Source of the DNA: Chiloscyllium plagiosum
Lineage: Eukaryota
Assembly (NCBI RefSeq): GCF_004010195.1
Contig: NC_057719.1
Span: 59,348,164 to 59,412,163, forward strand
Reading direction: 5' to 3'
DNA: 64,000 bases
The first letter of the stretch is position 1. Every line of letters starts with the position of its first letter. Below are positions 37,924 to 52,653 of the stretch, piece by piece. The notes under the pieces were generated by a model. It ran no database searches and was not told where the DNA came from. It was given only the letters and a program-made list of their open reading frames with translations. A program made the position numbers and the translations under genes.

Positions 37924-38249
37924 TTTAATTAGATGTTTTATATTTGTATTTTACAGCATAAAGAGAAACATACTTGGAAAATATTGGCTAAAGGAATATA
38001 TTTTATTTTGCCCAATATTAAAATGAGCACTCCACTCAATGAAACTTTAGCCATTACATAAATCTCCATTTTTCTTCTATTGAACAAATCCAAATAGAAT
38101 GCAAGGAAATAAATCAGGTACCAATGTTATTCAATAATCTTGAAAGGTTAAAAATTCTGTTCCATTTCTCCCTGCCCACCCAAATCCCCAGCCCACAACA
38201 ATAGGGAAAAGGTTATATTCTCAACTTTGAGACTTGCGAACAGTTTATT
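37924..38249 (-). terminator. Candidate SRP54 polyadenylation signals in the AT-rich 3'UTR: AATAAA at 38244-38249 and 38002-38007, ATTAAA at 37924-37929
   Basis: Plus-strand tttatt/tttaat hexamers downstream of the stop codon. Which one is used cannot be told from sequence. Confidence 0.45.
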
Positions 38250-38262
38250 TAAGACATCTGCT

Positions 38263-38397
<135 letters not shown>

Positions 38398-38409
38398 TTA
38401 ATCTTGCAT

Positions 38410-38850
38410 CTCTGATTGACTTGAGCTCTTTTGAAAACTTAACTCATACCAAGTCCCTTCATCTATCATCCTGTTCACTGGCCTACATGGATTTATGTTC
38501 CAAAGAAAGCTGATTTGGTAATTCTTGATTTTCAAAAATTTTCATGGTCTTGCTCCTTGCTATCTTTATAAGTTCATCCAGCTCTACACCCCCTCAGTTC
38601 TGGCCTGTTTTGTATTCCATATTTTAACTGCCTCACCATTAACAGTGATGCCATCAAGCTTTGAAATTCTTCCTAAGCTTCCCTTCTGTGTTACCATCTC
38701 CTCCTCCTTGAAGATGCTCATTAATACCATACCTCACTGACTGAGCTTTTAGTCACTTTCCCTAATATTGTCTTGTTAAATTTGATTTGATAATACCCTT
38801 ATGAAAGATTTTGAAGTCTTTTACCCGTGCCTTCTCAAAGCAAGTTATTA
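38410..38850 (+). mobile_element. Probable L2-type LINE 3' remnant just upstream of the last SRP54 exon
   Basis: Degenerate ..I.PV..GLHW..DL.IL..IFK.FHGLAP.YL (ORF 38525..38740), typical of L2 ORF2 C-termini. Confidence 0.55.
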
Positions 38851-39339
38851 TTGTTGCCTTAGCGCATTTGTCTCTAAATATGAACAGAAATGATTGGAAT
38901 GGGAAAATAGGCATTATCATAGGCTGGGGATCCATTCAGCCATTGAATGCACACCCAGTAGAGAAGATTGTGCTCTATTGGTAGCCAACTTACAATGTCC
39001 ACCTAAATCAGTCTAAAATGTTCTTGATCATTCACCTTCCTTTTTCATTTTCTGATTACGTCTGCAGCTGTTTTTGTCATATTCTGTTTTACTGAATGAG
39101 AGTTTGAGGAAACTACAAGATGTGATGTGAACCTTTAGACTGCATTGGATTTCAAGCACTAGAAAGTGGCTTTAAGCAGCTCCTTTCCAAATGCAATTCA
39201 ATTCAATAATGTGTCTCTCCCATGTCTATAATTCCTTCATTTTCCTACCACTCACTCCTTGACTTCACCATCTCACCATTTGGTCCAGTAGGTCTGCATT
39301 GCTCTTCATTACGTGCCTTCCCTACTTTCTGCCTACACC

Positions 39340-40240
39340 CTTGCACATGATTTCTATCTAAGTAATCATCCAATGTCCTTTTGAATACATCAATTCAACC
39401 TGCCTCCACCACATTCCATATCCTAACTACTTGCTGTATGGAAAAGCATTTCCTCATCACTTTAAACCTGTCCCTTCATGTTCTTGGTCCTTTTACAAGC
39501 AGGAACTGCTTCAATCCTATTGATTTTGCCAGTTCTCTCATTACTTTGAAAACCTCTATCAAATCTAAACTCTACCATCTCTCTGAGAACAGTCCCAACA
39601 TCTACAGTCTACCTTCATAACTGAAGAAGTTTTAATTCCAGGAATCATTCTTATAAATTGCTTCTGCACTTTCTTCAAAGCGTTCACAATGTTACGATAA
39701 CATGGAACCCACAACTACATAGACAATACTCCACATAAGGTCTGTTTTCTTATTCAAGTTCAGGGTCACCTCCTTGCTCTATACCCCTAATAATAATGCA
39801 GAGGATACTGTGCTTTTTATTGACTGTTCTCTTCACCTGTCCTGCCACCTTCGATGATGTGTGCACGCATACATCAACACATATTCACTCCTGAACTCCT
39901 TTGGAACTGTCCCACTATTTTACATTGTTTAACAATGTTCTTTCAACCAAAGTGCAACACCTCACACTTGTCTGCATTGAACTTCATTTGTCAGCTCTCT
40001 GCAGCACCAACTTGTCAATGCTCTTCCAAAGTTCCACACTGACCTCGTCACAGTTAACATGTTTTCCAAGTTTAGTGTCAGCTGAAAAGTTTGAAATTGT
40101 ATGTATCAAGAAATGTCCCCGTATCAACTCCTGGGAGCTTCAAATCAAACCTTCCTCCAATCTGAAAGATATCCACTTACCATTGCTGTTTCCTATCACT
40201 CAGCTAATTTTACATCTATATAGTTACTACCCCTTTTAGA
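39340..40240 (-). mobile_element. Old CR1 LINE 3' remnant
   Basis: Contains the CR1 reverse-strand landmarks caaagtgcaacacctcacacttgtctgcattgaacttcatttg and ttgaaaacctctatcaaatc. Confidence 0.7.
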
Positions 40241-40523
40241 ATATGATCTATAAATCTCAAGTCAAATCAGAACTGCTCATGCCTAGCCAACTTAGAAAAG
40301 AAACAACAAAGCATTTTACTTCAATAAAACACCTCAGTACCACCACTTCACCAGGACTTAGAGATAGGTAATAAATAATGCTCATCCAACCAAAAATACC
40401 CCTACCCTGTGAAGGAATAAATAAATACAGAAAACTTTCAAAATGTGGCATTTGCAAAAGCAGTAAATTATGAACTGTAATTTTTAAATTACTGAAACTA
40501 TATAGTAGAGAACTGAATTTTTA

Positions 40524-40826
<303 letters not shown>

Positions 40827-41039
40827 TCAACTCACTTAAGTTACTTGAGTTATTAAATTGTATCAGAACTTAAATAAATTGCACAAAAACAGACTTACTC
40901 TTTTAATGGTCTGAATTTGTTGATTCCAGTTTTATACAATATTTAGCACACCCTTTTTTGATTGCATTTTGGACCTGTCAATTTTTATTTGAAAATTCAT
41001 TTGTTGAATATGTGCATTACCAACATGGTAAACATTTAT

Positions 41040-41740
41040 TTGTCCATTGCTAATTTACATTGAAGGTGGAGATGAGCTCGCCATGATCCACATAAGTCCA
41101 TCTGGAACAGGTAGAACAAGAGTAAGGGAGTTCCAGATTTGGATTCAATGATAATGAAGGATGAAGCTATCGCTGCAAATCTCAACAGTGTATGATCTAA
41201 ATAGAAGTTTGCAGCATCTGCTGGCCATTTTAGTTTAGATTGCAGAAAATACACTTTTGAGAGGTGCTGTCAAACCAGTTCAGACTTCGTGAGTGTGGAG
41301 TTGTTATTTATTGCAGAATTCCAAGCCTCTAACCTGTCTTTACATCTATATGTCCTAACCAGTTCAGTTTCTGCTCAATGGTAATCTACAGGATGTTTAG
41401 TGGGAGAAATCACTGAAGTCACAGGAGATGGTTAGATTCTCTTTTGCTGGCGATGGTGATTACCTGGCACAGGCATAACTTTTCATACCACCCAAGCCTG
41501 AACTTTGTCCAAGTCTTGTTGCTAATGAGTACAGACTGCTTCAGTACATTGTGCAATCATCTGTAAACACCCCCACATATGAGCTGTTGACTGAAGTAAG
41601 GTCACTGTTGAAGCAGAAGATGATTGGATTTAGGATACTGACTAAGGAACTCCTGCAGCATGCCCTGGGGATTTGATGATTGGCTTGAAGCAACCCCAAT
41701 CGTCTTGCCCATGCTCCAACACTGACCTGAAAATGCTCAT
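41040..41740 (-). mobile_element. CR1/L2-group LINE remnant
   Basis: ORF 41541..41774 ends LNPIIFCFNSDLTSV..VGVFTDDCTMY (RT motif C). Confidence 0.7.
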
Positions 41741-41810
41741 GCTTTGAAGGCTTAACACAGAAGACATTCATCATGCATTTCTGCAGTTTTATGGTGCTAC
41801 AGAATATTTA

Positions 41811-42035
<225 letters not shown>

Positions 42036-42320
42036 CTAATAATGCAAAAATTATCAATGTGCTAACAGGCAGATACAACATGATGGTTCTAATCTCCCAG
42101 GAACTGAAATGTGTGAGGAGGAGCTTGCATTTCCTGGGTAGAGGAGATTCAGGTCATCTTAGAAGTGAACAGAACAATTCTTCTCATCTTGATGTACATA
42201 TTGGACAGTTTAGCTCAGGTATGCTCTGCTTTTCAGCTTTAAAATGGGCAGAAGTGCACATTAATTAGGAAACTGTTCTGAATAATTTAACCCTTTACAC
42301 TCTGACAACATTCTACAATA

Positions 42321-43107
42321 CAGAGGAACCTCTATTACCCAAAGATCAGATTACCCAAAGGAGATCTCGAGGTCCCGATAGAAATAATACAAAGTCGTGT
42401 TTCCAACACTGATCGCATCTTTTGTTTATAGTGATTAAAAGTGAACTTGGCTCCTGAAATGCTGCCAAGCCCATGCACCATCTCCAAATGACTGACCTCC
42501 TGCCCTCTCTCTCTCCTTCTCTCCACATACTTTCCCTGGAGTTAAATTCCCCTTTCCCAAATAATCTGTCCAACATTGTCCTGTATAGGGCAAAGGTGAA
42601 ACCTGTCAATACATTGCAGTAAAAAGTTGTGTGTGCATGTGTGCGCATGCGCACGTGGGCACACGCGCTATTTAGAGAGTCATGCCCCAAAAGGCGGCAG
42701 CAGTAATCTTGTTGTTGGTGTATCGTCTGGCTGCCGCAGAGAGGGGGCAGTGGGCGGTGTCGGACAGGGTTGGGGGCCAGGATTGGGGGTAGATGGGGGT
42801 GCGTGTTGGAAAGNNNNNNNNNNNNNNNNAGGTTGGGAGCGGGCAGGGGGTGTTGGATGGGGTTGGGGGCGGATGGGTGGTCGTGTTGGACGGGATTGTG
42901 GTATGGGCGGGAGGCAGTGTTGGACGACGCTAGGGGCGGGCAGGGGCCCACGCACAACGTACTGCTGCTTTGTCTCCTAAATGGGGAGCGGACTTCGCAG
43001 AAAACTCTGGGCCCCAGAGGAAAGGCATTGAATCAATTAACTGAATGATCAATTATCCAAATGAAATAGTGCCTGTCCATCGCGTTCGGATAATCGAGGT
43101 TCCGCTG
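42321..43107. mobile_element. Tc1/mariner (Tigger/pogo-like) non-autonomous DNA transposon with TIRs and TA TSD; G-rich internal repeat with an assembly gap
   Basis: TA|CAGAGGAACCTCTATTACCC ... GGATAATCGAGGTTCCGCTG|TA. 16 Ns at 42814-42829. Confidence 0.85.
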
Positions 43108-43559
43108 TACACACTGACCACTGATACGTTCTCCTACCTGGAGTAGTTTACACAGGTACAAGAGCAAGTCATTTACCCCTTGAACCTATCCTGCCAATCA
43201 ATGTCCTCAATTAACGTTGTAGCTATATTCCTAACCATTGCAACACTACGTGAAATGACCAAGCATGGCTTCCCATATGATTTCTTATTAAAGCCAGAAC
43301 TATATACCTGCAGATATCTCTGGCTTGGAAAAACTAACTTACTGGTTGAAATAATATATGTATTTGTATTCCTATGTGTGTGTTAATATAAAATAAATCC
43401 CCAAAGACAGAAGAAATATTGGACAGTTAGCCACTTCATGAACTTAGCAAAAAACTGGAAAACTGGGCAGGACTTCAATCCAGGGCTATTAACTCAGAAA
43501 AAGGACATTTCTTGCACCACAAGAACATGATCAGGTGATCTCAACATTCTTTCAACGAC

Positions 43560-44030
43560 CTGTTCAGGGATGTTATGGCACACCTTACATGAATCAATGT
43601 AAGATTATGTAAATTCATTTTTTTAGAAATAGAATCAGTCTCAATTCTGGAGCACAGACAGCCTCACACAGGGCACTTCATGCCTTCAACGCACTATCTG
43701 GGCCAACATGGCACCTATTGTTAAAGCTCACTTGAGAACCTAACTTTAAGATCTGGAATTTATTTATGAAAGAACTGAAATTAACATGGTCATTCTAACA
43801 GATGAGAGACTTAAATAATCCAGGTCTTTTTCAATGTATAATTTCAGTTACATCACACTATAAACATTTGCTATAAATTCTGTGTCTCACAATCTTACAC
43901 TCCACAACCACCTGAAGCAGCAGCGGTCTAAAGCTGGTGTTTCCAAATAAATCTGGACTATAACCTGGTGTTGTGTGATTTTTAACTTTGTACACCCCAG
44001 CCCAACAGTGGCACCTCCAAATCAAAACAT
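43560..44030 (+). mobile_element. Penelope-like 3' end/terminal repeat fragment
   Basis: Ends ...ccaaataaatctggactataacctggtgttgtgtgatttttaactttgtacaccccagcccaacagtggcacctcca, homologous to the terminal repeat of the 4372-7704 element. The 5' boundary is uncertain. Confidence 0.65.
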
Positions 44031-44089
44031 AATCATGACTTCACTGACAATGGAAAGAAAACAACATTGACTCTATTGCAGTTGACTTA

Positions 44090-46990
44090 GTTAGAGAGAT
44101 GTACAGCAGGGAAACCCTGCGGTCCAACTCTTCCATGCCAACCAGCTAACCCAACCCAATCTAGTCCCACCAGCCAGCACCTGGCCCATATATCTCCAAA
44201 CCCTTCCTATTCATATACTCATCCAGATGCCTTTTAAATGTTGCAACTGTACTAGCCTTCACCACTTCCTCTGGCAGGACATTCCATACACATACCACCC
44301 TCTGCATGAAAACATTGCCCCAAGGTCTTTTTTATATCTTTCCCCTCTCACCCTAAACCTATGCTCTCTAATTCTCGACTCACCTAACCCAGGGAAAAGA
44401 CTTTGCCTATTTATCCTATCCAAGCCCCTCATGATTTTGTAAATTCTCTGTGAGGTCACCCCTTAGCCTCCGCGCTCCAGGAAAAACAGCCCCAGCCTGT
44501 TCAGCCTCTCCGATAGCTCAAATCCTCCAACCCTGGCAACATCCTTGCAAGCCTGTTCTGAACCCTTTCAAGTTTCACAACTTCTTTCCAATAGGAAGGA
44601 GACCAGAATTGCACGCAATATTCCAACAGTGGCCGAGCCAATGTCTTGTACAGCCACAAAATGACCTCCCAACTCCTATACTCAATGCTCTGACCAATAA
44701 AGGAAAGCATATCCAAACACCGTCTTCACTATTCTGCCTACCTGCGACTCCACTTTCAAGGAGCAACGAACCTGCACTCTAAGGTCAGCAACACTCCCGA
44801 GGACCTTACCATTAAGTGCAAGAGCCCTGCTAAGATTTGCATTCTAAAATGGAGCACGTCACCTTTATCTAAATTAAACTCCATCTGCCACTTCTCAGCC
44901 CACTGGCCCATCTGATCAAGATCCTGTTATACTCAGAGGTAACCTTCTTTGCTGTCCACTACACCTCCAATTTTGGTGTCATCTGCAAACTGACTAACCT
45001 GTACTTCTAACGCTCACATCCAAATCATTTATATAAATGAAGAAAAGTAGTGAACACAGCACAGATCCTTGTGGCACTCCACTGGTCACAGGCCTCCAGT
45101 CTGAAAAGCAACCTTCCACCACCACCACCCTCTGTCTTCTACCTTTGAGCCAGTTCTATATCCAAATGGCTAATTCTCCCTGTATTACTTGAGATCAAAC
45201 CTTGCTAACCAGTCTCCCATGGGAAACCTTTTCGAATGCCTTACTGAAGTTCTTATAGATCACATCTAATGCTCTGCCCTCATCAATCCTCTTTGTTACT
45301 CCTTCAAAAAACTCATTCAAGTTTGTGAGACATGATTTCCCATGCACAAAGCTATGTTGACTATCCCTAATCAGTCCTTGCCTTTCCAAATACATGTACA
45401 CCCGGTGCCTCAGGATTCCCTCCAACAACTTGCCCAGCACAGATATCACAAGTCCCCTGGTCTACAAGTCCCCTGGCTTGTCCTTACCATCCTTCTTAAA
45501 CAGTGGCACCACGTTAACCAACCTCCAGTCTTCCAGCACCACGTCTGTAACTATCAATAATACAAATATCTCACTAAGTGGCCCAGCAATCACTTCTCTA
45601 GCTTCCCACAGAGTTCTCGGGTACACCTGATCAGGTCCTGGGGATTTATCCGTTTCAAGACATCCAGCATTTCCTCCTCTATAATATGGACATTTTTCAA
45701 GATGCCACCATCTATTTCCCTACATTCTATATCTTCCATGTCCTTTTCCACAGTAAACGCCATTGCAAAATATTCATTTAGTATCTCCCCCACTTCTTGT
45801 GGCTGCCTTGCTGATCTTTGAGGTGCCCTATTCTTTCCCTCGTTACCCTTTTGTCCTTAATGTATTTGTAAAAACTCTTTGGATTCTGCTTAACTCTATT
45901 TGCCAAAGCTATCTCATGTCCCTTTTTTGCCCTCCTGATTTCCTCTTAAGTATACTCCTACTGTCCTTATACTCTAAGAAGATTCACTCAATCTATCCTG
46001 TTGATACCTGACATATGCTTCCTTCTTTTTCTTAACCAAACCCTCAATTTCTTTAGTCATCCAGCATTCCCTATACCCAGCAGGAACATACTGTCTCTGG
46101 ACTCTCATTATCTAATTTCTGAAGGCTTCCAATTTTCCAGTCATCCCTTTACCTGCGAACATCTGTCCCCAATCAGCTTTTGAAAGTTCTTGCCTAATAC
46201 CGTTAAAATTAGACCTCCTCCAATTTAGAACTTCAAATTTTTAGATCAGGTCTATCCTTTTCCATCACTATTTTAAAATTAATAGAATTATGGTCACTGA
46301 CCTCAAAGTGCTCCCTCAATGACACCTCAGACACCTGCCCCGCTTTATTTCCCAAATATAGGTCAAGTTTTGCACCTTCTCTCGTTGGTATATCCACATA
46401 CTGAATCAGAGAACTTTTTGTATACACTTAATAAATGCCTCTCCATGTAAACCCTTAACAGTATTGCAGTCCCAATCTATGTTTGGAAAATTAAAATCCA
46501 TTACCATAACCAACCTATTATTCTTACAAATAACGGAGATCTCCAGACAAATTTGTTTCTCAATTTCCCTCTGACTATTAGGAGGTCTATAATACAATCC
46601 CAATAAGGTGATCATCCCTTTCTTAATTCTCAGTTCCACCTAAATAACTTCCCTGGATATATTTCCAGGAATATCCTCCCTCAATGCAGCTGTAATGCTA
46701 TCCCTTATCAAAAACACCACTCTCCTTCCTCTTTTGCCTCCCTTTCTATCCTTCCTGTAGCATTTGTATCCTGGAACATTAAGCTGCCAGTCCTGTCCGT
46801 CCCTGAGCCATGTTTCTGTAATTGCTATATCCCAGTCCCATGTTCATAACCATGCCCTGAGTTCATCTGCCCTGCCTGTTAGGCCCCTTGCATTGAAACG
46901 AATGCAGTTTAATTTTTTAGTCCTACCTTGTTCTCTGCTTTGTCTCTGCCTGCCCTGACTGTTTGATTCGCTTCTGTTCTCAACTGTACC
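44090..46990 (-). mobile_element. CR1 (HER1-like) LINE covering most of ORF2 (EN to RT to 3'UTR), frameshifted
   Basis: ORFs 46844..47065 (KLNCIRFNARGL), 46406..46639 (GLYYRPPNS..DFNFPNIDW), 46233..46427 (PTREGAKLDL..SDHNSI), 45195..45449 and 44501..44716. Same subfamily as 28808-30180. Confidence 0.93.
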
Positions 46991-47399
46991 AAGTGGGGAC
47001 TTAAAATCATAATTTCTACTTGAACTCAAATCAATATGTAAGATGGGGTCTGACCTAGATCCCATTTTAGCCTGCTTTCAAGTTCTTAAAGAAAATTGAA
47101 GGGCAATTTCATTGAGATTTTTAAGTGACAAAGAGTTTCTCCCAAACCTGTTCAAATCATTTACTTTGTTGGGGATTCAGAACAAGAAACCACACCTTTT
47201 AAAATCAGAGCCAGATAATTCAGGAGTGTAGTCAGAGAATCCTTCCCAAAAAGTCCTCCCAAATGGCTGGAACCATTCCTTCCCTCTACTCTCTAGTAGA
47301 ATTGAATTAGATAATGGCTAATATGCATCTTAACTCCAACTCCTTGCCTCATTTCTGTAATCTTAAAAATCCTTGAACAATCAAAAGAAACTAAGGCTA

Positions 47400-48430
47400 C
47401 TTAATAACATAAGAGCCCATGTTGTTGAAGGTAGCATATGAGCATGGATAGAGGATTGGCTAACTCTCAAGAGAGGGAATTGAAAGAAAGGTGACATTTT
47501 CAGGACGGCACACCAACTAGTGCAGTGCCACAGGGATCATTGCAGGGGCTATAATTATTAGCAATATACATGAATGACTTCTATTATGGAAGTGAATGCA
47601 CTGTCACCAAGTTTATGCATGACCAAAAAAACCTAATATAGCTACAATGTAATTGCTAATATACATATTAAAGCCACCATACAACAGCTATATTAACTAT
47701 AAATAGCTATTATTACAATTTAGCTGTAGCTAAATTGCAGCTGTAAATAGAGAGGAATATTCAAGACCTAGGTACCTTTGTAAACCAAACACTGAATGTA
47801 ATTACTCCGGGACAGCAGGCAGTAAAATAAATAAATGTCTTCACAGCAAGAGGATGTGAATACAAAAGTAGTGATGTCTTGTTGGAATTGTAGAGGAGCT
47901 TAGTGAGACCATACTCGGGAGATATGTGCATAGTTTTGGTCTCCTTATCTGAGAAAGGATGTTCTGGCGATGAAGGGAGTGCAACCAATATTTACCAGAT
48001 TGATTCCTGTGATGGCAGGGCTGATGTATGAAGAGAGACTGGATTAGTTCGGACAATATTCACTGGAGTTCAGATAAATGAGAAGGGAATCTCAAAAACC
48101 TATGAAATTCAAACAGTCTTAGACATGGTAAATGGAGGAAAGATGTTCCCAATGACTGGGAAACTCAGAACCAGGGGTCACAATTTAAGCCTGTGAGATA
48201 AACTATTTAGGACTAAGATGTAAAAATAAAATCTTCACCCAGATACAGGTGAGTGTGTGAAATTCTGTCATAGAAAGCTGTTGAAAACTATGTTTTGGCC
48301 TCAAGGAGTTAGATAGGGCTAAAGGGATCAATGGGTATGGGGAGAAAGCAAAAAGAGTCTCCAGAATTGGATGATAAGCCATGGTCATATTACATGGAGG
48401 ACAAGTTGGCCTACTCCTGCTCCAAATCAT
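47400..48430 (+). mobile_element. Old CR1 LINE 3' fragment
   Basis: VPQGSL.G, KFMHDQK (decayed FADDTK), LVRP.., ctcagaaccaggggtcacaattt, and a CR1 tail. Confidence 0.75.
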
Positions 48431-49979
48431 CATGTTTCAAATGTAGAAAATGGATTGAAAGTGTCTCCAAGAACAAGTGGGAAAAACTTTCCAGGAAAAA
48501 TTAAAGCAACCTCTGATAAAAAGGGAGTGTTTATCAGTAAATTGCAGTGTGCAATTATGAGCATAAAATCAAACACATTCATTTAAAAGCAGTGCAGTCT
48601 CTAAACATACTTAACGTGGGAGTTATCCAATGTTGCCCAGTCTGGCTACCGTCTGGTGTTGCTTTACACAATCATCTTTCCCAAGTCCAAAATAGCTGAC
48701 TTCAGACTTTCCCCAGTGAACTCCATCTGCTACAGTTTTGTCCATTCATTTATATATTACCAACCCTTTGCAAATTTCTGTTCCTATCTGCTGTCATTTA
48801 ACTTACTGTTATCAGCGCATTTTGAATGACAGCAAGCCTTTGTCTATGTCATTTACAAACATTTAAGATCATAATACAGATTGTGAAAGTACATGCTAAA
48901 TATACTATCTCAAATTGAGTACTTCCTATTCTCACAATTGCTGGTCTTCTACCTCCAAACCAACATTCTAACCAAAACAATAGCACTTAGAATGGAAGCA
49001 ATCTCTCACTTTTATTTGTAGTCTTTTTATGCATAAATTTATTGAATGTTTTCAAGAAATCCATATAAGACACTTGCACAGACATCTATTTACCTGCATT
49101 AGTTACCTCAGACGAATTCACTTGCGTTCAGTAGATGTAACTTAGACTTCATAAGCCTTTTGTGTTTCTCTCTGCTTATTTATCATTCTATTTCCAACAA
49201 CTGGGCCAACATAGGACCTTAATAACGGATTTCTAAATAGTTATTGAACAACGTGACATTGGCAAGTTTCCCTAACAGAACAATTTGTGAACCTAGAGTA
49301 TGATTCCTAAGATCACAGCAATTGCTACAATTTCTACTCCTTGCTATTGGATCCTAAATATTTGTCTGCTTTCAAAACATTTCTCAAACACCATTTAAAA
49401 GAATCGGATATCATCATTTCCTCTTGTTACTTCATTTTTGGTGTTACCTTGTACCTCTTGTGTCTTACTAGGTCATTCTCTACAATGTATACTATGCAAA
49501 TGCATCTCTATTCCCAAGAGGACAACTTGCCACTCCTCCACTTTTTTGAACAGCGAGCCAATTAATCATATCCATCACCAATCTCCTTTAGCTGCCTGAA
49601 CTTGATTTATTAAACAACATTGGCCTTCAGCAAATCAGCATGAGTTCTAGTTATGCTTAACTACTCAGGGATTACAGGAGATATTTTTCCTCACGAGTCC
49701 TATGTTAGATACCTTCCTTATTTGAACATCCTGTAATTTCCAAACCCCAAATACTCCATTGCGGTCTTCCTGCTCTTCCCTCATAACTGAAGAATTTCAT
49801 CAACTGTTTCCAATTTCCACAATTGCATTACTTTCATCGACTTCTCAATCTCTATTTAAGGGGATGAACTGCCAATCAATATTCACAATCAGATCATCAA
49901 TTCCCATAGTTATCTTGATCCCATTCCCTTTCATTCGGCTTTCTGCAAGGGGTCCATTCTACATGCCTGGTCCCCTTCG

Positions 49980-50660
49980 TCACATTCATCCAACGATACC
50001 AACTTCCATACTAGTTTTGCATTTTGACTTCACTTTTACTCGAAAAGAATATTGTACTCCACTGTAGTTTTCAGAACATTCAACCAAGTCCAACAGTTGC
50101 CCCCACATGGCTCTGACCTCTTCCTCTGCATCCCAAAACCATAATAAACCTTCACAGTCCTTGTGTTTTGATTTCACTTTCAGTCGAACAACTCCTCACA
50201 TTTCTGTGATCTTCATAAAACATCAGCCTTCCTCTCTCAGCATTCCAGAGGGACTATTCCCACTGACACTTACTGCTCCACCGCTTGCATCACTTAAATT
50301 CCAAAGCCACAGATTCCTTGTCGTGCTGACAGAGTTTTCATCACTGGGAACAGCAATTTTTTTTTTTTTAAGGTGATGGTTTGGCACAACATTTCCTTTC
50401 AGCCACAGGAATAACCATAATGTTACTTGCCATTTTAATTCTCTATGTGACATCAACCTTGCCCTCCTGAACTTTTCCAATGAAGGCTGAAGAACATAAG
50501 CTCATATTTCAAATGGCAACTTCAGTTTTGCTCCTACAACATTTGAATTCAAAAGTTTCAGATCACAGTTGTCAACTCCCTGTTTTGAAGGAAAGCAGGT
50601 AATAGTACTAAGCTTTCAGTTAGTAATTCCTGGTTTCCACTTGATCGGTGGACTTTCCAA
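49980..50660 (+). mobile_element. Highly decayed Penelope-like endonuclease/3' remnant
   Basis: Weak similarity (VtCHFNS; EEhkLIF) to the C-terminus seen in the 21321-22763 element. Confidence 0.35.
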
Positions 50661-50816
50661 TTTCTCTTGCCTCCTCTCCATCCCAATTTCATACTTGCTT
50701 ACAAAGTTTATTGCCAGAATTTTGTTTTTATTTAGGACATTTGTCATTTAATTTAAACTCCCAATTACAGTGCAATCTACATTTGTCAAATAGGCGTCAC
50801 GTTGCTCTTAATTACC

Positions 50817-50870
50817 TGAAATGTCTCTATAAACACATCGTATTGAAATGTCTCTATGAACACATCGTCT
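50817..50870 (+). repeat. 27-bp tandem duplication
   Basis: tgaaatgtctctataaacacatcgtat / tgaaatgtctctatgaacacatcgtct. Confidence 0.9.
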
Positions 50871-52479
50871 TATCCTATCATTTGCAATCCCCTTCTTGCA
50901 TGATATTTGGGACTTATAATACAATATTATCTGTATTCTTTTGCTATTCACTTGACTTGTTATCATACATGCTCCAAGACAGGCCCTCTTTTAGGTTAAT
51001 ATCAATTCCCCCATCCCTGGTTACCTGGTGTAATTATACACGCTTACCCCTATTTATACCACATACCTTCCTAGATACCTTTCACTATTTTTGTTGGGCC
51101 ATTTAAAACCATCCAAACTTGAAATCTCAAGATATGGCACTAGTTAAGAGATTAGACAAAAATTAACGTCAAGGTACAGATCAACCAGGATGTGACTTTG
51201 TTTTTTTTAAGAGAACATTGGTGGCACTTGCAATGCCAGCACTTGTCCATTCCTAATTCCTCTGAATTAAGGGTCTTTCTACATTAGTTCTGAGGGCAGT
51301 TAAAAGTCAACCACACTACTAAGAACTTGGAGGTAGGCCAAATCATATAAGGATGGCAAACTGGTAGAACAAGGTTGAGATGCTGAATGGACAACGTTGA
51401 TTTGGTTCAGGACTTTCCTTAAATATTAACCTCCCTTTTTCCACACACTGGTTTGATAAATCCCTCAAGTTCTTTTCAATAAATTCAAATATTTTTGCAT
51501 TTAAAAGTGAAGGTAAAAGAAAATGAAAAAGTGCAGTTTCAAATTTAGTGTCAAGGAATGTTCCAAAACATTTCAAAGCACCGAACCAAGAAGTTGGGGG
51601 GGAAAGAAAATAGGAATTGATGGCCTTACCTCCCATGCAACTACATTACAGTTTATACAGGTCGAGATACAGAAGTGTTTGTGAAATGTTGCAGGTAATG
51701 GAGAACAAACCCATAAAACATTATAGTTGAGACTGGAGATAATAAAAGGATGCATGAGTTTTATATGCTTACAACTGAAGTAAAAACAGAGGTTCAACTG
51801 AAGGGATATTTTTTAAGAAAGTAAGTGCGAATTGTGCAAATGTTTATATCCCTTCTAAAGTTCTCAATTTTAGCACATGTCATGTGGATTTCATGATGAA
51901 ATATTCTTCATTTCACAATTTATGGAAATAGAAAAACAGGGAATTCCAGACGGACCAAGTGAAAGCATTTTTCTGATGGGAAATTTCAAGCTCAGTTCAG
52001 TACTGAGGAGAATGCCAATAGTGACAACACAAAAAGAAACTTCAAGGTCCAACAAGTAATTCAGAACTGAAGCTGGATAGGTAACCAAAGGGTGAAAGTT
52101 ATCATCATGAGACAGTATCGAGGGAAGAAAGAGGGACCAATCTTTGAAAGCAATATTTTCAGAATGTGATTGCCACATACTACCTAACAAAACAGGCAAC
52201 ATAACAGAATCAGGCAAAAGTAGCTCTTTGAGGTTAAATGATGGAGAAGAAAAGAACAGTATTGTCAACCATATGGACCAGATCAAGGAAGAAGAAAGAT
52301 ATGCACCATGGACTCTCAGAAATCATCTCTTTACTCTATAAAAGCATTAAATTAAAAGACAAAAGTTGGAAATTAGTTTAAAAATTCATGTATAAGTAAG
52401 GCAAAAAAAAGAGCGTTCAGAAAATGGAAATAGATACTTTTTTAAAATATAAGTATTTGCAACAACTATCAAGTAATCA

Positions 52480-52653
<174 letters not shown>

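Noticed and set aside
42346..43048. 203-aa and other Pro/Gly-rich ORFs
   Set aside because: They span N runs and a G-rich repeat inside a MITE; low-complexity artefacts.
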